From Raja brachyura (lineage: Eukaryota), in the NCBI GenBank assembly GCA_963514005.1, contig OY740783.1, positions 99,014,001 to 99,078,000 on the forward strand: 64,000 bases of DNA. The letters run 5' to 3'. A program made the position numbers and the translations under genes. Positions 55,931-64,000 of the stretch are shown piece after piece (the stretch's first letter is position 1; each line of letters opens with the position of its first letter). The notes under the pieces are model-generated. The model did not search any database and was not told the origin of the DNA. It was given only the letters and a program-made list of their open reading frames with translations.

Positions 55931-58900
55931 AGGAAACCGGGGCAACCGGAGAAAATCCATGCAGTCACGGGGAGAAAGTTACAAACTCCGTACAGACAGC
56001 ACCTGTTGGTCAGGTTGAAACAACTCTGTTTGCAGTCGTTGGCCAGGCAGCAACTCTCTACCACTGCAACAATGTGTCACGTCCCTTTTGATGCACCTTT
56101 AAAGCTATGAAAACATCCCAAAGCTCAGCACAGGTGCCTTCGTGGAAAGAAAATGTTCACGGAACCACATATGGAATAATTAAGTTAAGTGACTATAACT
56201 TGGACATATCTGTGCCTTTAAAGAAGAACAAGGGATGCAGGGAGGCATGGGGAGAAAATCTCAGATTTTGGGATCCTTGTAACTGAAGGCGCAGGTAATG
56301 AGTGATGATAATCAAGGACGTGCATGAGGCCAGAACTAGAGAGGCACCGAGCTCCAGGAAAGTTGCTGGGATGGTGGAGGCCACAGTGAGCAACGAGTGC
56401 GTGAGACGATTTTGACACATTAATAGGCTCTGCTTGATATATAATTAATGAACCACCTGACCAGACCCACAGAGCCGAATGAAAATCCCATGTGCAAAGC
56501 TTTATACTAATCTACAAAGGAAAGGCTTGTACCTTTGTCTTGCCAAGCTCTGCTGTCACATGCGATTTAGAATAGAGTCACTGTTGCTCTGCAGTTGGAT
56601 AATGCCCTGCATCCAATGGGCCAGCTCCTGCAAACATCAGTGGAATGAATTGCCAGGATTCCACCTGAAAATTCATGTTCTGATTTTCATTTATTTTACT
56701 GAAGGTGGCTATTACTAACGAGGCCAACACTGAGCAGCTACAGTCCTTCAGACCCTGTGGTGAGGGTTCTCCCACAGTGCTGTTGGGGAGGGAATTCTTG
56801 GGTTTAGATCCAGTGCTGCTGAAAGAGCGACAATATATTTTTAAGTCAGGATAATGTGTGACTTGGAGGTGAGGTTGCCAGTGGTGGTCTTCCTAGGTCC
56901 AGCCACCCTTGTTCTCTCAGTGATGAGGAATGTGGGTTGGGCACCTAAGGCAGGAGTAGCCTGGGAAGTAACTGCAGTGTGTTTAGTAGCCAGAATAATG
57001 CAGTGCAAATAGCCAATATTTAACGCGGTGGCTATGGTGTTAAGAGACACCTGGAGAGACACAAAATGCTGGAGTAACTCAGAGGCTCAGGCAGCATCTC
57101 TGGCTAGGTGACTTTTCGGGTCTGGACCCATTCTTCAGTATTAACCCGAAACATCACTTATCCATTTTCTCCAGAGATGCTGCCTGACCCACCGACCTAC
57201 TCCAGCATTTTGTGCCTATCTTTGGTATAAACCAGGATCTGGAATTCATTTTTTACTACACTGTGTCCTGGATGCTAGTGAACACCCTGAATGTTCTTTC
57301 AACTGCATCTTCCGAGGCCATTGGAGCGAATTCCATAATACTCCTGACCTGAGTCGTGGGGTATCAGGAGGCAAGTTACCCTTGAATGGAAATGCCTCCT
57401 CTAACCTGCTCTTGCAGCCATGGTATTTATGTGCCTGATACGAACATTCCCTGTTAGTTATCCTGCCTGTTGTCCTGCATTACCATCACTCAAATGCCCT
57501 TATAGTCAGTAATCACTACTAACTAAAAGATATAAAGGGCTCGTCTGAATGAGATAATACTCCAGAGTATTCACGGTTTTCCAACCCAATAAGTTCATCA
57601 CATCTCAACTGCATCAAAACCGAGAATCGTTTGTGTGCAATGGGTTTCTCATTTACCATTCCTGCAGCAATCACACACACACAGACACCTAAGATTCTTG
57701 AGCTCATTGTAACAACTGAAGAAAATAAATCTTTCATCTCCTTTTCAAGAAAATGTTCCCTTGATTTGAAAAGCAGTCCTGATCCATGAGACAATTTTAG
57801 CATTTGATGCTCTAATCTAAAGCGATAAGAGGGGACTTGGATGATTCAACAGCCTGAAGCACTGACCCCTTCTTGCTAATGATGTTCAACACATCTCAGT
57901 ATCTCTCCTGGTGACAATTAGCAATCCGCTCTTCCTTTTGTTGTGAAGCTTTCTGATCTAGCTGGCCCTGTTTGACATACAATCTGCACTGATGAGTTGA
58001 TCTTGCACGTAGGCACAAGGCATTTAGGGAGAAAATCTAATTGTGTTGCCGGTCCTTTGACTGCTCTAGCTGTCAGCTGCAATATGCTTGATCTGCTAAA
58101 GACTGTTTGAATTGCTGGGTCAAGGTTTCAGATTGGCGATTGGGATGGGTAGGGATCGGGATGAGATGTTGTTCTTCACCACATTTCTCAAGCGATGTGT
58201 CCTTAGAGTGGGTTTGAAACCAAGTTTTATCTACTCATCAAGAATCATCAAGTTTAATTTATGCCGAATATTCAGCACAACAGACGGCATGTAGTAATAA
58301 ACACTATATTAAAAAAAACACTGGTTCTCAAATTAAAAGAAAGTCAAAAGAAAAACAGCCTACTCAGATAATCCTTGATACTCTATGGTGTATACCCCAT
58401 ATTTAGTTTCCACCTAAAAAAATCTTTATATCATTTGTAACATCTCCATTGTATAATTCAGCTTTCTTTGAAGTTGTTCATCCATCCCTGAAACGTATGT
58501 TATTTTCCTTCTAATTCTTTGGATAGGCACGCAGGTCTACAGGGAATGGAGGAATATGGATCACATGCAGACAGAGGAGGTTAGTTTAACTTGGCATTAT
58601 GTTCGGCATGGACATGGTGGGCTGAAGGGCCTGTCCCTGTGCTTAACTGTTCTATGTTCTTTCTTGCACCAGTTCCAGTGCATATTTTCTAAGATAGATA
58701 CCAAAAGCTGGAATAACTCATCGGGTCAGGCAGCATTTGTGCTTTGAGATCCTTCTTTAGACATATTTTCTATGTTGTTCTTCACCACATTTCTCAATTA
58801 AGACCATGAACTCTAGTCTATAGGGTTGAGATATGTACTGAGGTGGCTGATTAAATGAATCTGACACAGGTGACGATTACGATCTGGATGCTGTAGCATC

Positions 58901-59257
58901 AATGAATCCTGATTTCCAGATTCGCTTTTCCTCTTTGCTTCCTCCATTCTAACTTTCTCAGGAGACTGAGCACTGCTTTTAATGTGGGTATGTCAAACTA
59001 GACAATTCAATGCTTGTTGTTCCTCATGGTCTGTGTCAATTGTAATCCTCTTCAGGGATGTTCTAAGGGAGCTTTCGAATCTCTCACTGTCCCGAACATG
59101 ATCTTCCTATCATATGGTGGTCGAAAATTAGCTCAGTACTCTCTATGTGAAACTTCTAATAATTCTTACTGTTTAATAGGTTTATACGTACAGATCATCT
59201 GGCATAAATACTTGTGCCCACAGCATTCCCACAATATGAATCAGATATAATGTGATT

Positions 59258-59584
59258 TAGAGTTTAGAGATACAACATGGAAACGGGCCATTCAGCCCAC
59301 TAAATCCCCAACGACCATTGATCACCAGTTCAGTGTTATCCCACTTTTTCACCAGCTTCTGACTACTCAGGGGCAATTTTTTTGACAGGGGCCAATTAAC
59401 CTGCGAACCGTCATATCTTTGGGAGGAAACCGGAGCTTCCAGAGGAAACCCACGCAGTCACAGGGAGAACATGCAAACGCTACACAGACAGCACACACAG
59501 AGGTCAGGATCAAACATGGGTGTCTAGCTCTGTGACACATGGGTGTCTAGCAGCAGCTCTTCCAACTGTGCCACTGTGCTGCCC
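59258..59584 (-). mobile_element. V-SINE (HE1-like)
   Basis: Reverse head gggcagcacagtggcacag and V-domain. Confidence 0.7.
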
Positions 59585-60135
59585 AAAGAATTAGGGAACA
59601 CTATTTATATTATGCAGATCGCATAATGTGATTTTGGTCGGGACAGAAAAGATAACTTAAGAATTAATTTGGAAATTGACAAGCAGATAAAAAGCTGTCA
59701 TGGAGAAAAAAAAAGTATTGAGAAAGCTCTGAAATCCCCAGTAACCATTATCTCTGAAGAACAGGTTGCAAGTTTAACCACGGGTAGCCATTGAATTTAA
59801 CTAGCAATCGCTGGCTTCTATTGATGCCTGAGCAATCACTCTATTAAACACTGTAACATACTGCCTTTGGCATTTCTAGCTTGCAGTAACAAAATAAATG
59901 TATTGCTATTCATAATATCTTTATTTATGAACATTTGCAGCAAAAATAACTATTATTGTGAGTCAGAATTTCTCTGGCCCCTGAACCCATTTTTCCCATT
60001 AACACTATTGCTTTTATACAATGCAATTTTCTACCATGCGAGGCTTTTTTATGAATGCAGCATTTGATTTATGGCAGGACATCCCTGAAGTGATTCAACA
60101 TTGACACAGACCACGAGGAATAAGAGGCATTGAAT

Positions 60136-60359
60136 GTGTAGAAAGGAACAGCAGATGCTGGTGCACGCTGAAGATAGACACAAAATGCTGCAGTAATTCC
60201 GTGGGACAGGCAGCATCTCTGGGAGGAAGGAATGGGTTACGTTTTGGATCGAGACCTTTCTTCAGACAAAAGAAAGGTCTTGACCCGAAACGCCACCCAT
60301 TCCTTCTATCCAGAGATGATGCCTGTCCCGCTGAGTTACTCCAGCATTTTGTGTCTATC
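60136..60359. mobile_element. Penelope-derived palindromic mini-element
   Basis: ~90-bp inverted arms; TSD taaga(g/a)gcattgaat at 60121-60135 and 60360-60374. Confidence 0.8.
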
Positions 60360-63024
60360 TAAGAAGCATTGAATTGTCCAGTTTGATGTACCCACATTAA
60401 ACCAACCCTTAATCATGTGATCATGAGAGGCAGTTAAAATGGAGGAAGCAAAGTGGAAAAGAGAATTTAGAAATCATACTCTAGGTATTCAGAACCTGCC
60501 CATATTGTTAAGCAAATGTTACCCGATTCTCTGGCCTTATCCATTATATCGCTGTCTCGTGCTATCTCTCCTCATATATCTGCTCAACTCACACAACAGA
60601 ACAGGATCTAATGTAATTAATTCAATTTGCAGGAATCTGCTCTGGAGAAGGTGCAGAAAAAATTCACATGGATGTTACCAGGACCATGAAGACACTGTCT
60701 AGAATGCAATTGTTTGCTTTGAAAAGAGGGGGGTAAAAGTGGAGATTTAATGGAGGTGTACAAAATTGAATGGCCTGGATAAAGTGCCAAGAAACAGATA
60801 TTTCTCTTAGCAGGGAGGTCAGTCAGTCTAGGAACTGATTTAGGTTGAAGATAGACACAAAATCTAAAGAATTCCTTCCCTCCAGAGATGCTGCCTGTCC
60901 CGCTGAGTTACTCCAGCATTTTGTGTCTGTCTTTGATTTAAACCAGCATCTGCAGTTCCTACTGATGTAGGTTAATTGGTAAAGGATTAAAAGGTTGTTG
61001 AGATTTATTTTTTCAAGCAGACTGCTTTGTTGCATTGAACTGATTGGAGCCATTTTTTTTGTTTACATTCATACAGTGAGGAAACAGGTCCCACACCCCA
61101 TCTACGCTAGTCTCACCTGCCTGCATTTGGCCCATAATCCCTCTGAACCTAACGCAGCCATGTGCCTAACCAAATGCTTCTTAAACATTTGTGATTGTAC
61201 TTGCCCCAACTATCTCCTCCAACAGTTCGTTTAGAGCACGTTGCGGCCTTGAACCGCGCATTGTATGAAAGTCAGTGCAGGCAGAAATCGTTATCATACT
61301 AAAAGTGATGAACTTCTTCTCTCATCCTCTCCCTTCTGGCCAGAATGCTGACAAGGTTCAGGTGGCCAAACCAGTCAGCTAATAGGTTACCAATGATACC
61401 AAATCACCTCAGTCTTATGGGGCAGAATTATGGAGTGGCACATCCAGGGAAAAAAAAAGAGTCCTATCAACATCAAAACTTTGGAAATATTTGAATTTCT
61501 TCTTGCATCGTGCGAGTAGCCAGTGTGGTCTTGCCCGCATTCTCCACCGGTGTGGCATCAGAAATGACATTGGCGTCGGCAGTGACCACACTAACACTTG
61601 CAGTAGGGTGAACACACATATATATATTGTGTTTACAGGAGTAAGAAAGTCCAGGACCACACGGGGACACTGTCTCTCCCCATCAGAGTCAATGTGCAGT
61701 GATGCTGGCGATCTCAGGATTGTCCTGGCAGCTCTGTCCTGGTGGTTGATAGAGGAGGTGTGGCAATCACAGGCTTCTTCCTGCAGATCACCCTTTCCTT
61801 GAGAGGAGGCGCTGGCAATCGTAGGCTTCTTCCTGCCAGTTCAGCTTTGGCCTTGAAGAGGCAGTGTTGGTAGTCTCCTGGTTACCCTGGCGGCTCAGCC
61901 TTTGCCTCTGTCTGTGCGAGCGCAGTCCCTCGTTGACCACAGGCAGGAAAAGGCACTGGCATCTTAGGCTTGCCCCAGCCACTCAGTCTCAGCCTCAGCA
62001 GAGGGGTGGGCTGGGTGGCTATCTAGGGCTTCTTCCTGGCAGCTCAGTCTTAACAATACTGTGGCACTTGTGGTCTCAGGTATGTCTAATGTCCTCAGAC
62101 CTACAACAGGGTACACAGCTGGCAAAGAGGAGTGCCTCCTTGTCCCTCTCCCTTCAGGCTTGAATGCCTGAGTTTCATGGGGAGTCGGCTGACAATATCA
62201 GCTAATTGGAACCAGCCGTTACCAGTGATGCTGGGTATTGGCCTCTCCAGATCTGTCAGCCAGGGATGGGGTTCGGAGCAGCATCCGAAGGATGGGGGTG
62301 CTGTCACACAGTCCAAATGAAGGCATCCAGCACAATTGTAGAAGGATCACCAGACTTTGACTTCACCCGTGTGTGTATCATTGCCGGTAAAACGCTACAC
62401 ATTAAAACTGTAGGCAAACCCTCAAATAGTTTGCCTGTTGTTTGTTGTTGCAATCTTCTTTAAAGTGGCTGAATAGATAGCATGAATCTAAGGCAGTTGT
62501 TTGTCGTTTCAAGACCCACTCCAGACAAGGGCAAAATCCGTGCTGGCACCAAGAGATTGTTGGAGATACTGCCTTTCAGATGTCGAATCAATGCCCCATT
62601 TGATCACCTGGATTTACGTAAAAGATCTTTCAGCAATATTTTGGATGAATGCTGAGTGATTATTTCACAAACCTGACCAATGTTTACATGTCAAAAAATA
62701 TCACTAAAATAGATCACTTGGTCCTTATCACATTGATGTTTGTGTATGCATTTCAGGCGCCTGTGTTTCTCGCAATTGTACACTTCCAAAGCACTTCATC
62801 TGCTGCTGCAAAAAAAAACTTCAGGTGGCCAGATGTTGAAAACAGTACACTTGAAATGCCACTATTTCCTTTGTTTCATTGGCTTGGAGAATTGGTCTGG
62901 AGCCAGTTAGAAGAATTGTTGCAATTGCTCCCTCTAGTGGTATCATTAGCAGCAGGAATTCCTTCAGTAACAAGCACAAGTCAAGTTGAGTTTATTGTCA
63001 TATGCATTAGTAATGGGGATGTAC

Positions 63025-63328
63025 AGTTTAGTTCAGAGATACAACACGGAAACAGGCCCTTTGGCCCACCAAGTCCGCGCCAACCAGCGATTCCCGGACA
63101 CTACCATCATCCTCCGACAAACTAGGGACAATTTACAATTTTGCCAAGCCAATCAGCCTACAAACATGTGCGTCTATGGAGTGTAGGAGGAAACCAGAGC
63201 TCCCGGAGAAAACCCAAGCAGGTCACGGGGAGAATGTACAAACTCTGGACAGGCAGCACCCATAGTCAGGATCGCCTCCGGCTGTTTGCTGCAGTAATGC
63301 TGCAACTCTACTGTTGCTCCACTGTGCA
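63025..63328 (-). mobile_element. V-SINE (HE1-like)
   Basis: Reverse V-domain and tail. Confidence 0.7.
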
Positions 63329-63659
63329 GGTACAATAAAAATCCTTCTTGCAACAGCATCACAGGCATATAGACTCAGAACACACACAAAAACATATTTT
63401 GTTCATAATTTACACCTACAATTCTGCGAGACAGTAAAAAAAGGTGTGCAAAAGCAGAATATAAATGAAAAACACAATTAGAAAACAAAACAAGTCCATG
63501 GTACTGCAAGAGGTGGTCCACAGAGTTCTATTGTTGAGGTGGGATTAGAGTTGTGCGGGTTTGTTCACAAACCTGATAGCTGTAGATAAATAGCTGTTCC
63601 CTAACCTGATAGCGTGGGACTTCATCCATCTGTACATCCCCACACCATGGAACGTATCC

Positions 63660-63945
63660 GATCCGGATGCAGTCACAGCTTGGTTTTATAACAGCTTTGC
63701 CCAATACCACAGATATCACAGAGAATTGTGGATGCAGCACAGTCCAGCAAACTAGCCTCCCTCCCCCCCCCCCCCCATCAACTCCATCTACACAACGCTG
63801 CCTCGGGAAAACAGCCAACATAATCAAGGACCACTCACAACCCAATCATTCTCTCTTCTCCCCTCTCTCATCAAGCACAAGATACATACGCTTGAAAGCA
63901 GATACCACCAGATTCAAGACCAGCTTTTTCACCCGCTGTTCTCAG
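63660..63945 (+). mobile_element. Rex1/Babar-type LINE C-terminal fragment
   Basis: RCLGKTANIIKDHSQPNHSLFSPLSSSTRYIRLKADTTRFKTSFF. Confidence 0.75.
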
Positions 63946-64000
63946 ATAAACAGCAATATTAGTTTGTTGGCATCGGTGACACAGATGAAAGGATAATGAA

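Overview
Eukaryotic (vertebrate) genomic DNA, most likely from a cartilaginous fish (skate/ray-like; inferred only from the repeat landscape). The whole window lies inside one minus-strand gene, TRPM3. Seven consecutive in-frame coding exons of the N-terminal MHR region are visible (28184-28263, 26627-26825, 25054-25267, 22576-22700, 20364-20535, 10816-10990, 8629-8752), all with GT-AG boundaries and compatible phases. The intronic microRNA mir-204 hairpin lies at about 13671-13752 (minus strand). I did not find the first exon(s) or the next downstream exon, so they probably lie outside the window. The rest is intron filled with CR1, Rex1/Babar, RTE and Tx1 LINE fragments, V-SINE and Deu-type SINEs, Penelope-like elements (with hammerhead-ribozyme-like cores and many tiny hairpin derivatives with 11-15 bp TSDs), Harbinger and Tigger MITEs, minisatellites and a 169-nt gap. 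The most unusual observations are: a 13-copy minisatellite built from a TRPM3 exon end plus its splice donor, an older duplication of another exon end, and an inverted local copy of a Penelope mini-element together with its flank. Almost all listed ORFs are spurious. Repeat boundaries are approximate unless a TSD or TIR is given.
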